Part shown: positions 29,267 to 38,950 of the stretch, one piece after another | Numbering within the stretch: the stretch's first letter is position 1 | Layout of the letters: each line of letters starts with the position of its first letter | NCBI GenBank assembly: GCA_030123765.1 | Contig: JASJXX010000003.1 | Location: 10,795-74,794 of the forward strand | Length of the DNA: 64,000 bases | Origin: Actinomycetota bacterium | GTDB lineage: Bacteria > Actinomycetota > Acidimicrobiia > Spongiisociales > UBA5794 | Reading direction: 5' to 3' | Program-made: the position numbers and the translations under genes | Notes under the pieces: generated by a model | What the model was told of the DNA's origin: nothing | Database searches by the model: none | The model's input: the letters and a program-made list of their open reading frames with translations, nothing else

Positions 29267-30025
29267 TCACACTCCCAGAAATGTCTCCAGCCCGACCGCC
29301 AGAGTCGCCTTCTGGGAGGGGATCGACCTGATGGCGAGGAGCACTCCGGGCATGAATGCTGAACGGTCAGAGGTGTCGTGCGTGATGGAGAGCCGCTCTC
29401 CTTCCCCTCCAAAAATCACGGTTTGATGTGCCACAGCTCCGGGGATCCTGATTGCATGTACTCGTACATTGCTGATCTCAGCCCCGAGCGCCCCGGCGTG
29501 CAGCTCCTCCGTGTCCACTCTGCGACCTTGGCGCGGAGCGAGCGCTCCGATGCGCTGCGCGGTCGCGATTGCTGTCCCTGACGGCGCGTCGGCCTTCTCG
29601 TCGTGGTGCATCTCGATCACTTCTGCAACGGCGAAGTGGGGAGCGGCGATCTCGGCCATCTTCATCATGAGGACTGCGCCGATGGAGAAGTTCGGGACGA
29701 CGATGCAATTCCCCGGGCCGTTCGCCCACAGTTCCTCAAGTTCAGATACACGCTGGGCATCGAAGCCTGAGGTGCCGACGACGACGTTCGCTCCGAAGGA
29801 GCGCCAGACAGCCAGATTCTCCATGATGACATCTGGCCTCGAGAACTCGACGATGATGTCACAGCCATCGAGCACGTCGCGATCCGCATCGATCGTCAGT
29901 CCCGCGATGCTGCCGATCGTGAAAGGGTCGTACAGCGCAATGAGGTGAAGTCCCTCGGCCGCGTCAATCGTCACAGCAGCAAGGCTCCCCATCCTGCCCG
30001 ACGCCCCGGATACGCCTACCTTCAT
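29267..30025 (-). CDS. dapB: 4-hydroxy-tetrahydrodipicolinate reductase
   Basis: GASGRMG, VGTSG, PNFSIG, EMHHDEKADAPSGTA. Confidence 0.94.
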   Translation of the reverse strand: MKVGVSGASGRMGSLAAVTIDAAEGLHLIALYDPFTIGSIAGLTIDADRDVLDGCDIIVEFSRPDVIMENLAVWRSFGANVVVGTSGFDAQRVSELEELWANGPGNCIVVPNFSIGAVLMMKMAEIAAPHFAVAEVIEMHHDEKADAPSGTAIATAQRIGALAPRQGRRVDTEELHAGALGAEISNVRVHAIRIPGAVAHQTVIFGGEGERLSITHDTSDRSAFMPGVLLAIRSIPSQKATLAVGLETFLGV

Positions 30026-31269
30026 CGGATGTACTCCTCGAGGTCTTCGCTGTCGAACGGCCCAACCGCGCCGATCACGTGAGGACCATCGTAAGCCGCA
30101 CCTGCGACACTGATTATCTCTTCGTGGGTGACCGCGGTGATCGCTGCCACAATCTCGTCGACCGTGCGATGCTCTTGTCCGACGATCTCCGTTCGTCCGA
30201 TGAGGTTCATCCTGCTGTTGGCGTCTTCAAGACTTATGGCGAGCGACCCCTTGACGTGGCCTTTTGCCCGGTCAAGTTCTTCCTCGGTCACTCCCTGCTC
30301 AGTGATGAGCCCGAGCTGGTCTCTCACTATTTTCAGCACCTCATCTGCCTGGCGTGGTGTGGTGCCGACGTAGGTGACCGAGGCACCGGCGTCTTCGAAC
30401 GGCATCCGGAAGGTGTGTACGGCGTATGCAAGGCCGCGGGTCTCCCGGATCTCCTGGAAGAGCCGGGACGACATGCCGCCGCCGAGGATGTGATCGACGA
30501 GAGAGAGGGCGAATCGCCGCTCGTCGTTCCGCGTGATCGACGGCGATCCGATCACGAGATGCGCCTGTTCGGTGTCGCGCCTTGTGACCCGGACGTTCGA
30601 TGTGATGTGCGGCGTGCGCAGCGTTCTCTCGACGGGCTCCCCGTTCCAGGCGCCGAAGGCTTCCTCGACGAGTTCCACCAAGTTGTCCGGCAGGTTGCCC
30701 GCGACGGCGACGACGACCGAGTGTGGCGTGTAACGCCTCGCCCAGTAGTCGTGGATCGTCTGTCGGCTCATCTGCGAGATCGATGTCCGAGTTCCGAGCA
30801 CGGCCGGAGCAAGGGCATGGCCACCCCAGATGGCGTGGATGAATTCTTCGTGCGCGACATCCGTCGGATCGTCATCATTCATGTTGATCTCTTCGAGCAC
30901 GACGTTGCGCTCCGAATCAATTTCGTGCTGACGGAACGCCGGGCGCAGAAGCATCTCAGCCAGGATCTCGATCCCGACGGGGAGATCCTCGTCTCGCATC
31001 CGGGTCCAGAAGCAGGTGTACTCCTTAGATGTGAAGGCGTTGTGCCTCGCGCCGAGCCTGTCGAAAGTATCCGAGATGCTCCGAGCCGACCATCGGTCGG
31101 ACCCCTTGAACAGGAGATGCTCAAGGAAGTGTGAGGCGCCGGCCTCCTCGGGGGTCTCGTCCCGGCTACCTGTGTCGACCCAGCAACCGATCGCTACCGA
31201 GCGGGTGAGGGGCATGTGGTGCGTGATCAGCCTGAGGCCGTTGGGGAGAGTGGTGAGTTTGTGTTCCAT
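30022..31269 (-). CDS. M16-family zinc peptidase
   Basis: HFLEH inverted zincin motif, NAFTSKEYT, GGGMSSRLFQEIRE. Confidence 0.92.
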   Translation of the reverse strand: MEHKLTTLPNGLRLITHHMPLTRSVAIGCWVDTGSRDETPEEAGASHFLEHLLFKGSDRWSARSISDTFDRLGARHNAFTSKEYTCFWTRMRDEDLPVGIEILAEMLLRPAFRQHEIDSERNVVLEEINMNDDDPTDVAHEEFIHAIWGGHALAPAVLGTRTSISQMSRQTIHDYWARRYTPHSVVVAVAGNLPDNLVELVEEAFGAWNGEPVERTLRTPHITSNVRVTRRDTEQAHLVIGSPSITRNDERRFALSLVDHILGGGMSSRLFQEIRETRGLAYAVHTFRMPFEDAGASVTYVGTTPRQADEVLKIVRDQLGLITEQGVTEEELDRAKGHVKGSLAISLEDANSRMNLIGRTEIVGQEHRTVDEIVAAITAVTHEEIISVAGAAYDGPHVIGAVGPFDSEDLEEYIR

Positions 31270-31348
31270 CGTCGACCGATGATAGGAACCCTTCACAGCG
31301 AGACAACCGAGCCACTTCGCGTATCGCTGTGACGTCCCACGAGGCGGC

Positions 31349-31741
31349 TCACTCGTCGGCCGTCGGAGCCTTGCGCCGCATCTTCTTCTCACCGCGCTCT
31401 CGCTTGGCGTCGAGTCTCCTCTTTCGTGCTGCCCCTGACGGTCTCGTAGGACGCCTCGCGGGAGGGTCGGGCCGGGCTGCCTCCTCGAGTATCGCGTGGA
31501 GCCTGCGAACCGCTCGTTTGCGATTCGTCGCCTGCGAACGCGATCTGTCCTCGCTGACACGTACCTCGCTTCCGAGCTTCGCGATGAGCCGCGCCTTCGT
31601 TAGCTTGCTGAACGCACGAGAGCGCTGGATGTCCAACCTGAGTTCGGCGCGAGTCGAACTCCGATTGGCGTGCTGTCCACCGGGACCTCCCGACGGGTCG
31701 AAGCGCCATCGCAATTCGTTCTCCGGAATGTCGAAACGCAT
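31349..31741 (-). CDS. arfB: Alternative ribosome-rescue peptidyl-tRNA hydrolase ArfB
   Basis: SGGPGGQHAN (GGQ), RSQATN, basic tail RRPTRPS...KRRLDAKR. Confidence 0.9.
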   Translation of the reverse strand: MRFDIPENELRWRFDPSGGPGGQHANRSSTRAELRLDIQRSRAFSKLTKARLIAKLGSEVRVSEDRSRSQATNRKRAVRRLHAILEEAARPDPPARRPTRPSGAARKRRLDAKRERGEKKMRRKAPTADE

Positions 31742-31787
31742 GGTGAGCCGATTCTGAGGGAACGGAATCATCTTACAATTCGCCGTT

Positions 31788-34001
31788 ATGCGCGCCCGTG
31801 ACCAATCTGTCCTCAATGAGATCCTTCCGCCGGAGGAGCGGGCGATCGAGGCTGTCGTGGCGCGTTATCAGCGAGTCGCCCCGGCGGTGACACGGTTCGC
31901 CCGCTCACTCTCTGGCAACGATGATCTTCAGGTGCGCCTCGGCACACGGGCAGCATCCACCCCAAACACGATCATCCTTGATCCTGGCGTGTTCCAGACC
32001 GCGTACGCCCGTTCTGCGCCCGTGACTCCCTCTGAGGTCGCTCTCACCTCGGCGCTGCATGAAGTGATCCACCTCCTCTCAACAGATCTCGATGAGGAGC
32101 GGCCCATCCCCGACGAGTGGCGTGCATTCATGACCACTGACGAGGATGACGACGACGCCGAAGGCGACATGGTTCCCGTCGGCCTCTTCCACCTTGGCGA
32201 GATGGAGCCGGACCTCGTGCGATCAGATCTGACAGAGGACGACATCAACTTCGAGGGCGAGCAGGATGTCGACGCTGATGCTGTGTCGCTTCTCTCGGCG
32301 CTCAACGCGATCGGTGGCCCCGCTGCCGAGGCGCTCTTCCTATCGATCGAGGATGCCCGCCAGGAACGCATCAACTTCGGCGCTTACCCTGGAGCGGGCT
32401 CGGTACTCCGAGACCTCTACCGCGCCTCCGTCGGCCACGCTATGTCGCGCGCGAGGCCCCTTGGCCAGTTCGCACTCGCCTGTTTCATGATCGTTGGAGG
32501 GCACGAAGCACGAAACCAGATCCAGAGAAGGCTCACTCCTCACGTGGCTCTCGCCATCGATGACGCCATGGCGTTCCTCGAACCGGTTCTCGACTTCGAT
32601 GATCCCTGGTCGGTCGGAACGGTCGCCCTCCAACTCCTGTCGGTCGCGAAGATGCACAACCTCGTGCTCGAGGGTGCTGCGTCGTCTACCCAGCGGGGCT
32701 ACAAGGCCGAGAGAGAAGCGGACGAGGCCTCGATCGTCGACACGATCGACGCCGTACGCCTCGTCACTCCTGTGCTGGCCAACCGCGAGTCCTATGAACA
32801 GACGCGGAGCGCAGCCCAATCCGTGGCGGCGCAGGAAGGCAGGATGGGGGACGTCGAGACGGCAGGCGACCCCGCGGCCGACCAACTCATGAAGGTCTCG
32901 ATGGCACCGACTGTGTACCTGCCAACCGGTCAGGGAGGCAAGCTCATCGTCACGCGATTCCCCACAAGGTTTGCCGATTGGGCCTCCCAGGGCAGGGAGT
33001 TGCTGAACAAGGCATCCGGCGAGTGGGGTGTTGCTCAGCACCGGGTGTCTGGCGAGCTCTACCCGCTCTTCCTCGCGAACCAGCGGAGAGGGCTCCGTTC
33101 CGGGTTCGACGCCGGCGACCTCTCCCCGTACACGCCGCTCCTGCTCGGCGCGGGCCTCTACGAGCGCATGTTCGAGAGGCGCGACCTTCCCAACCGTCGC
33201 TCCTACGCCCTGAGTCTGCTCGTCGACGGCTCCGCGTCAATGCTCCAGCCCAGAGCAACCGGTTCGCGTAAGTCGCCGTGGGCGATGGCCGCCGCACTCC
33301 TCGGAGCATGGACTCTTGCACAACTCGCGGACGAACTGCAGATTGACTTTGAACTCGCGATATTCAACCGCTCGTTCGCCACTGACAGCGATGACAGCGA
33401 ATTCTCGTATCGTGACAAGCAGGCGAAAGCGACCGCTGGCCTCCGTCAGGCACAAGGGGGGAACGCCGAACGGCTCACCCGCACCGTGAACCACTATCTC
33501 ATCAAAGGGTTCGACGACAGGTGGCGAGCATCCCATGAGGTGCTCGCGGGCCTGTTCTACGCCGTAGCAGCCCCTCGAGAAGCCAACCTCGAGGCAAGGC
33601 GCTCACCCCGTGACTCACCCCCCGTCTCGATGTTCGAGAAGGCTGCGAATGTGGATGAATTCAACCTCGCCTACGCCGCGGAGCGTCTCGCCGCCCAGCA
33701 CGCAACCCATCGCATCCTCGTCGTACTCGCGGACGGCATGACACGAGGCTCTGTTCAGACCCTCGCAGAGACCGTGTCCAACATCGAACGCTCCGGCGCA
33801 ACGGTCCTCGGAATCGGGATCGGGGACGACACGGTCCGTGCGGCGTACTCACGAGCACAGGTCGTCGAACAACCGTCCGACCTCGCTGCGGCGATGGTCG
33901 AGGGCGTACGTTCGACACTGGTCCGATCAATCACCGCATCGCGAGCCGACTCATGGTGGGTCAGCGCCGGCGAACACCTTCTACACAACGTCACCAACTA
34001 G
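31788..34001 (+). CDS. CobT-like VWA protein with an N-terminal HExxH domain
   Basis: ALHEVIH, IEDAR, acidic insert, MIDAS LLVDGSASM and VLADG. Confidence 0.8.
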   Translation: MRARDQSVLNEILPPEERAIEAVVARYQRVAPAVTRFARSLSGNDDLQVRLGTRAASTPNTIILDPGVFQTAYARSAPVTPSEVALTSALHEVIHLLSTDLDEERPIPDEWRAFMTTDEDDDDAEGDMVPVGLFHLGEMEPDLVRSDLTEDDINFEGEQDVDADAVSLLSALNAIGGPAAEALFLSIEDARQERINFGAYPGAGSVLRDLYRASVGHAMSRARPLGQFALACFMIVGGHEARNQIQRRLTPHVALAIDDAMAFLEPVLDFDDPWSVGTVALQLLSVAKMHNLVLEGAASSTQRGYKAEREADEASIVDTIDAVRLVTPVLANRESYEQTRSAAQSVAAQEGRMGDVETAGDPAADQLMKVSMAPTVYLPTGQGGKLIVTRFPTRFADWASQGRELLNKASGEWGVAQHRVSGELYPLFLANQRRGLRSGFDAGDLSPYTPLLLGAGLYERMFERRDLPNRRSYALSLLVDGSASMLQPRATGSRKSPWAMAAALLGAWTLAQLADELQIDFELAIFNRSFATDSDDSEFSYRDKQAKATAGLRQAQGGNAERLTRTVNHYLIKGFDDRWRASHEVLAGLFYAVAAPREANLEARRSPRDSPPVSMFEKAANVDEFNLAYAAERLAAQHATHRILVVLADGMTRGSVQTLAETVSNIERSGATVLGIGIGDDTVRAAYSRAQVVEQPSDLAAAMVEGVRSTLVRSITASRADSWWVSAGEHLLHNVTN

Positions 34002-34009
34002 GAGAGCCC

Positions 34010-35002
34010 ATGGCTGCAACCGCCACCTTCAAGGACCCCACCGGACCGGGAGCTGACGTCACGCTCCCGCTCACCCATGTCCCGGTGGACCTTCCCGACC
34101 ATGACAGCCGCGTGGAGCACATCCCCACGCCGGATCCGTACTACGTCGACCTCGGCATGCAGTACAAACTCGCGAGGCTCGAAGAAGTGCGGAGGTCGTA
34201 CTTCGCTGAATCCCCCCTGCACCTCGCTCTGCGCGGTCACATGGGGACAGGGAAGGACCACGATCTCGAGCAGTTTGCGGCCAAGTTGCGGACCCCTTAC
34301 TACCGCATTCCCCTCACGGGCGAGGTTCGCGACATCACGCTCATCGGGTCGGTGAAACTGCACGGTGACGGCAAGGGGGGCACGGAGAGCAAGTGGGAGG
34401 ATGGCGACATCACACGAGCACTCCGCGGTCCGTCGCTCATCAATCTGTCGGAGCTCAACGCCGCAGGCGCCGAGACGCTCTTCGCCCTGCACGGCCTCCT
34501 GGACCGTCACCAAGCCCTTGAGCTGCCGACCGGTGAGATGGTCCGCCTCCGCAGTGACGTCCGCATCTTCGGAACGTTCAACCCGACAGACCTTCGAGAC
34601 TACGCCGGCACACAGACACTCAACAAAGCGTTCGCCGATCGTTGGATCTTCTGGGAGAAGACATTCCCTGGTTCGGATGAGCTCCAGACCATGCTCGAAC
34701 GGAGACACCCGGGACTTGACGCGGAGATGCGGGACCTGCTCGCGAAGCTCGCCATCGAGATCAACATCTCCTTCACCACCAGGGATGCAGGGACACGCGT
34801 CGAGACACCCATGTCGCTGCGGGCCGTGCTCGACCGCTACCCCGCCGGCTTGCGCATGTTCGCCGATGCAGAGGACCCGATGCGTTCTGCGTGGCAGGAA
34901 TTCGTACTCCCCCACATCGATCCGTACGACGTTGACCACTACGAAACAGTGTGGTCAGCCGTCGTCAGGACAGGACCGGCACGTCGTCCGTTCTCCGACT
35001 GA
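34010..35002 (+). CDS. MoxR/CbbQ/CobS-like AAA+ ATPase with atypical Walker motifs
   Basis: GHMGTGKD, WEDGDIT, INLSELNAA, TFNP, YAGTQTLNKAFADRW, MSLR; RBS GGAGAG. Confidence 0.82.
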   Translation: MAATATFKDPTGPGADVTLPLTHVPVDLPDHDSRVEHIPTPDPYYVDLGMQYKLARLEEVRRSYFAESPLHLALRGHMGTGKDHDLEQFAAKLRTPYYRIPLTGEVRDITLIGSVKLHGDGKGGTESKWEDGDITRALRGPSLINLSELNAAGAETLFALHGLLDRHQALELPTGEMVRLRSDVRIFGTFNPTDLRDYAGTQTLNKAFADRWIFWEKTFPGSDELQTMLERRHPGLDAEMRDLLAKLAIEINISFTTRDAGTRVETPMSLRAVLDRYPAGLRMFADAEDPMRSAWQEFVLPHIDPYDVDHYETVWSAVVRTGPARRPFSD

Positions 35003-35014
35003 ACCAATGACGCC

Positions 35015-35113
35015 ATGGCTTCATTCGATATCGTCTCCCCGGTAGATATGCAAAAGGTTCGCAACGCGGTCGACCAGGCGTCTCGCGAGATCGTGAGCCG
35101 TCGCGACTTCTGA
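35015..35113 (+). pseudogene. Truncated, diverged 5' copy of yajQ (32 codons)
   Basis: [32 protein letters not shown] versus the intact MPSFDIVSQVDMQEVRNAVDQSMREVTTRYDFKG at 35491. Confidence 0.8.
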
Positions 35114-35236
35114 GTTATGGTGAAGAGTGGACGGTCGCATTGGTGAACCTCGGGGTGCTTATCGTCAGTGACAGGGCAGCAACCGGAGGATAGATGGAAC
35201 CGTATAACCCCGTACATCTCAAACGAAGAGGGCGAC

Positions 35237-35413
35237 ATGAGCATCACATGGGATGAGAGAGACCAGCTACTCACCGAGGTTGTCATGGGCACGCCGAGGA
35301 GCAAGTCGAAAGTCCCTCCTTCCGAAGAGGTCGACGCCCTACGTCGTGAGCTTGTCCGCGAGGTCCGCGAGATGAAAGCCGATGGCATCATGCCCGAACC
35401 TCTCAAAGACTGA
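35237..35413 (+). CDS. Small hypothetical protein (58 aa)
   Basis: MSITWDERDQLLTEVVMG...REMKADGIMPEPLKD; GAAGAGGG RBS; fills the gap between the two yajQ copies. Confidence 0.55.
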   Translation: MSITWDERDQLLTEVVMGTPRSKSKVPPSEEVDALRRELVREVREMKADGIMPEPLKD

Positions 35414-35490
35414 GGACCTCGGCCACCGGGAGGCGAACGAGAACGGAAGGGTAGGGGAGTAGACGCTCCGCCCATCGGTAGGATGTGCTC

Positions 35491-35976
35491 ATGCCATCAT
35501 TCGATATCGTCTCCCAGGTCGACATGCAAGAGGTTCGCAACGCGGTCGACCAGTCCATGCGCGAGGTCACAACTCGCTACGACTTCAAGGGAACGGATTC
35601 AAGCGTCCGGCTCTCCGACGACGGCATCACGGTTGAGTCAGAATCCGAGGGTCGACTCGACGCCGCGGTTGACGTGCTCAAGGGCAAGCTCATCCGGCGG
35701 AACGTCAGCCTCAAGTCGATAGCTGGGGGAGAGCCGAAGCAGATTGGTGGCGGACGCTACAAGGCAATCTTCACACTCAACGAGGGCATCGCACAGGACG
35801 CTGCCAAAGAACTCGTGAAGGACATCAAGGACATGAAGCTCAAAGTCCAGGTGGCGATCCAGGGAGACCAGCTCCGCGTGTCAGGCAAGAAACGGGATGA
35901 CCTCCAGAACGTGATCGCCAGGGTACGCGAGTTCAATTTCCGCCTCCCTCTCCAGTACATCAACTTCCGCGACTGA
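35491..35976 (+). CDS. yajQ: YajQ-family nucleotide/c-di-GMP-binding protein
   Basis: MPSFDIVS, TRYDFKG, IQGDQLRVSGKKRDDLQ, PLQYINFRD. Confidence 0.95.
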   Translation: MPSFDIVSQVDMQEVRNAVDQSMREVTTRYDFKGTDSSVRLSDDGITVESESEGRLDAAVDVLKGKLIRRNVSLKSIAGGEPKQIGGGRYKAIFTLNEGIAQDAAKELVKDIKDMKLKVQVAIQGDQLRVSGKKRDDLQNVIARVREFNFRLPLQYINFRD

Positions 35977-35981
35977 GTCCT

Positions 35982-37022
35982 ATGGCCTACCGCATCAACA
36001 ACGCCGAGATCGATCAACAGATAGACCGTCTCGTGGCCGGAGTCGTCGCAACGGCCGACGGGTACGTGGACGACACGGATCTCGTGCGCGAGATCATCGT
36101 TACCGCGCTCAAGCTCATCAAGGACAAGACCACCCGCGCTGACGTCAAGATGATGAATACGGCCCTCAAGGAACTCAGGTACTCCTCTCTGGTCGTCAGC
36201 CCTTTCCAGGACAGCAGCCGTGTCGCGGTCTACGGATCGGCGCGCACCGACCCGAAGGACCCGAACTACACGATGGCCGAGCTGTTCTCGCGCAGGATGG
36301 CCCTTGATCACGGCTGGATGGTGATAACCGGGGCGGGCCCCGGCATTATGGAAGCAGCGAACAAGGGGGCTGGCGCAGACGCGAGTTTCGGGTTCAACAT
36401 CCGCCTGCCATTCGAGAACGGTGCGAACGAGTACCTCTCTCCCGGCAAGGTGATCAACTTCAAATACTTCTTCACTCGCAAGGTGCAGTTCGTCAAGGAG
36501 TCCAGCGCGTTCGCCCTCTTCCCCGGTGGCTTCGGCACGCTCGACGAAGCCTTCGAACTGCTCACTCTCATTCAGACCGGCAAATCTGACCTGCACCCGA
36601 TCGTGATGATCGAGAATGAGGGAACGGGATACTGGGGCGCGTGGGAGGCTCTGTGTGACGCTCTCGTCACCCAGGGGATGATCTCGGCCTCCGACCGGAA
36701 TCTGTACATGGTCACAACCGATCTCGACGAGGCGATCGAGGAGATCATGCACTTCTACCGCGTGTACCACTCACAACGCTTCGTCGACGGCATCCTCATA
36801 CTGCGCCTCCACAGGGAAGTCTCCGAGCAACTGCTCGCGGATCTGTCGACCGAGTTCTCCGACATTATCCGAACGGGGAGCATCGACAAGATCCCCGCCA
36901 CCCAGGACGAGGTTGACACCGATGACTACGTCGACCTACCGAGAATCTCCTTTGACTTCGATCTCCGCAGCTACGGCAGGCTCAGAGTCCTGATCAACCG
37001 TCTGAACGACTCCGCGAAGTAA
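35982..37022 (+). CDS. LOG-family (TIGR00730) protein
   Basis: VYGSAR, TGAGPGIMEA, FKYFFTRK, PGGFGTLDE. Confidence 0.9.
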   Translation: MAYRINNAEIDQQIDRLVAGVVATADGYVDDTDLVREIIVTALKLIKDKTTRADVKMMNTALKELRYSSLVVSPFQDSSRVAVYGSARTDPKDPNYTMAELFSRRMALDHGWMVITGAGPGIMEAANKGAGADASFGFNIRLPFENGANEYLSPGKVINFKYFFTRKVQFVKESSAFALFPGGFGTLDEAFELLTLIQTGKSDLHPIVMIENEGTGYWGAWEALCDALVTQGMISASDRNLYMVTTDLDEAIEEIMHFYRVYHSQRFVDGILILRLHREVSEQLLADLSTEFSDIIRTGSIDKIPATQDEVDTDDYVDLPRISFDFDLRSYGRLRVLINRLNDSAK

Positions 37023-37067
37023 CCGGTCAGAATCCGGGAGCAACCCGATTTACGGTAGAATTGGGGG

Positions 37068-37862
37068 ATGCGCGAGATTCTCTCCGACCTGGTAGCGGAA
37101 CAACAGCACCTTGACCAGTTCTTGCAGACTCTGCGAGACCGGCAGTGGCCGACGCCGACACCCGCAGCAGGCTGGACGATTCAGGACACCGTGAGTCACC
37201 TCGCATACGTTGAGTCTTTCGCCGCAGAGGTCCTCGCCGAAGGGCAGGAGCGGATCGACGCTGAGAATATCACGGACCTCGACGCGTGGACCGCAATCGG
37301 AGTCCGTCAAGGTAGAGGGCGTCGCCATCAGGAAATCATCGAGTGGTGGAGGTTCGGCAGGGCAGATGTTGTCGAGGCGCTCTCAAGGATCCTGCCCTCT
37401 GATCGGATCCCCTGGCTCGTCGGAGACATGAGCGCCCGCAGTTTCGCGACGATTCGCCTGATGGAGACTTGGGCGCACGGTCTTGACGTCAAGGCCGCCA
37501 TCCTGGGCCGTAATGCCCCGCTTGACGAGCCGCCGGAAGGCCTCGGTGAAGACGAGGTGTGGATCGATCCTCTCGCGGACACGACGAGGCTTCGCCACAT
37601 CGCGTCGCTCGGCCAACGCTCGCTGCCGTTCGCGTTCGAACAGGCTGGCGAGGAGTTCCCGGAGCGAGGGATTCGGGTCGAAGTCATGGGACCTCTCTAC
37701 GCCGCGTGGAGATTCGGCCCTGAGGACACGGATCAGGTGGTCAAGGGGATGGCGGGCGACTGGTGCCGCGTCGTCGTGCAGCGCCAGGACGCTTCAGACA
37801 CGGGTCTCAGAGCGGTTGGCGACTACGCCGAGATGGCACTCAAAATCGCCCGGACATACTGA
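37068..37862 (+). CDS. MDMPI/DinB-like (TIGR03084-type) metal-binding protein
   Basis: DLVAEQ, TPAAGWTIQDTVSHLA, RLMETWAHGLD. Confidence 0.8.
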   Translation: MREILSDLVAEQQHLDQFLQTLRDRQWPTPTPAAGWTIQDTVSHLAYVESFAAEVLAEGQERIDAENITDLDAWTAIGVRQGRGRRHQEIIEWWRFGRADVVEALSRILPSDRIPWLVGDMSARSFATIRLMETWAHGLDVKAAILGRNAPLDEPPEGLGEDEVWIDPLADTTRLRHIASLGQRSLPFAFEQAGEEFPERGIRVEVMGPLYAAWRFGPEDTDQVVKGMAGDWCRVVVQRQDASDTGLRAVGDYAEMALKIARTY

Positions 37863-37863
37863 C

Positions 37864-38631
37864 GTGACCATCCCTCGCCTTGTGGGGATGGTACACCTCC
37901 GTCCCCTCCCCGGATCCCCGAACTTCGACGGCGACTTCGACTCCGTCATCGCCGCAGCGACCACTGACGCCGAACTTCTCGCTGAAGCTGGCTTCCAGGG
38001 AATCATGGTCGAGAACTTTGGTGACGCCCCCTTCCACGCTTCGGACGCTCCAAAAGTCACCATCGCGTCTCTCACTACCGCAGTCAACGCGGTGTACGAC
38101 GCTTCACGCCTACCCGTAGGAGTCAACGTCCTGAGAAACGACGGGATCGGCGCCCTCTCGGTGGCAGCCGCGACACCAGCCTCGTTCATCCGGGTCAACG
38201 TCCTCTCGGGAACCATGTACACGGATCAGGGGCCGATCGTTGGAGAGGCTGCTGAGATCGCGCGGTTACGTTCTCAGATATGTCCGAACGTCGCGATCCT
38301 GGCAGATGTCTTCGTGAAGCATGCAACGCCACCACCAGGCCTCACACTCACGGATGCGACAAATGACCTCATCGAGCGTGCCGGCGCTGACGCGGTGGTC
38401 GTCTCCGGCGTAGGAACGGGATCTCCCGCTGACCTCGAACAGCTCGCGTCTGTTGCAGCACTCAGCCATCTCCCTGTGTTTGTGGGGTCAGGCGTCACGA
38501 GAGCGAACGTCAACGCGATGCTTGGAATCGCCGACGGGGCGATCGTCGGCACGGCGATCAAGGTCGGCGGTGTGTCGACGGGCCCTGTCGACCTCGCCGC
38601 TGCGACAGCTTTCATCCAAGCGGCCCTGTAG
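37864..38631 (+). CDS. BtpA/SgcQ-family protein
   Basis: GMVHLRPLPGSP, ENFGDAPF, GVNVLRND, ADVFVKH, VFVGSGV. Confidence 0.9.
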   Translation: MTIPRLVGMVHLRPLPGSPNFDGDFDSVIAAATTDAELLAEAGFQGIMVENFGDAPFHASDAPKVTIASLTTAVNAVYDASRLPVGVNVLRNDGIGALSVAAATPASFIRVNVLSGTMYTDQGPIVGEAAEIARLRSQICPNVAILADVFVKHATPPPGLTLTDATNDLIERAGADAVVVSGVGTGSPADLEQLASVAALSHLPVFVGSGVTRANVNAMLGIADGAIVGTAIKVGGVSTGPVDLAAATAFIQAAL

Positions 38632-38879
38632 CCCATAGGTCTCCCCCAAGACAGAGAGCAGACAGTCAGGCCCGGTCGGAGAGAAACGACGGGATCGTTC
38701 GACCCGTCGATCACTCGCGCAGCCCCAAGGCCACCTGGCGACATGTGTCGCTCCTCCTCCGTCGCCGCGGTGACCCGTGTCTTACCCATGAATCGCTGTG
38801 TAAGTCGATTTTGTCATTCAACTCACCCTCGATCTACAGTAGAGGGTTGCCCTCGTAACCCGTGCCACGAAAGAGATTC

Positions 38880-38910
38880 CGTCTCCCTCGACCAATGGTC
38901 GAGGGAGACG
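38880..38910. repeat. Perfect 15-bp-arm inverted repeat
   Basis: CGTCTCCCTCGACCA-A-TGGTCGAGGGAGACG. Confidence 0.8.
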
Positions 38911-38950
38911 CGCCGAGAGACGTGTCCCCGCCAGGCTGTAGCCTGCGCAC

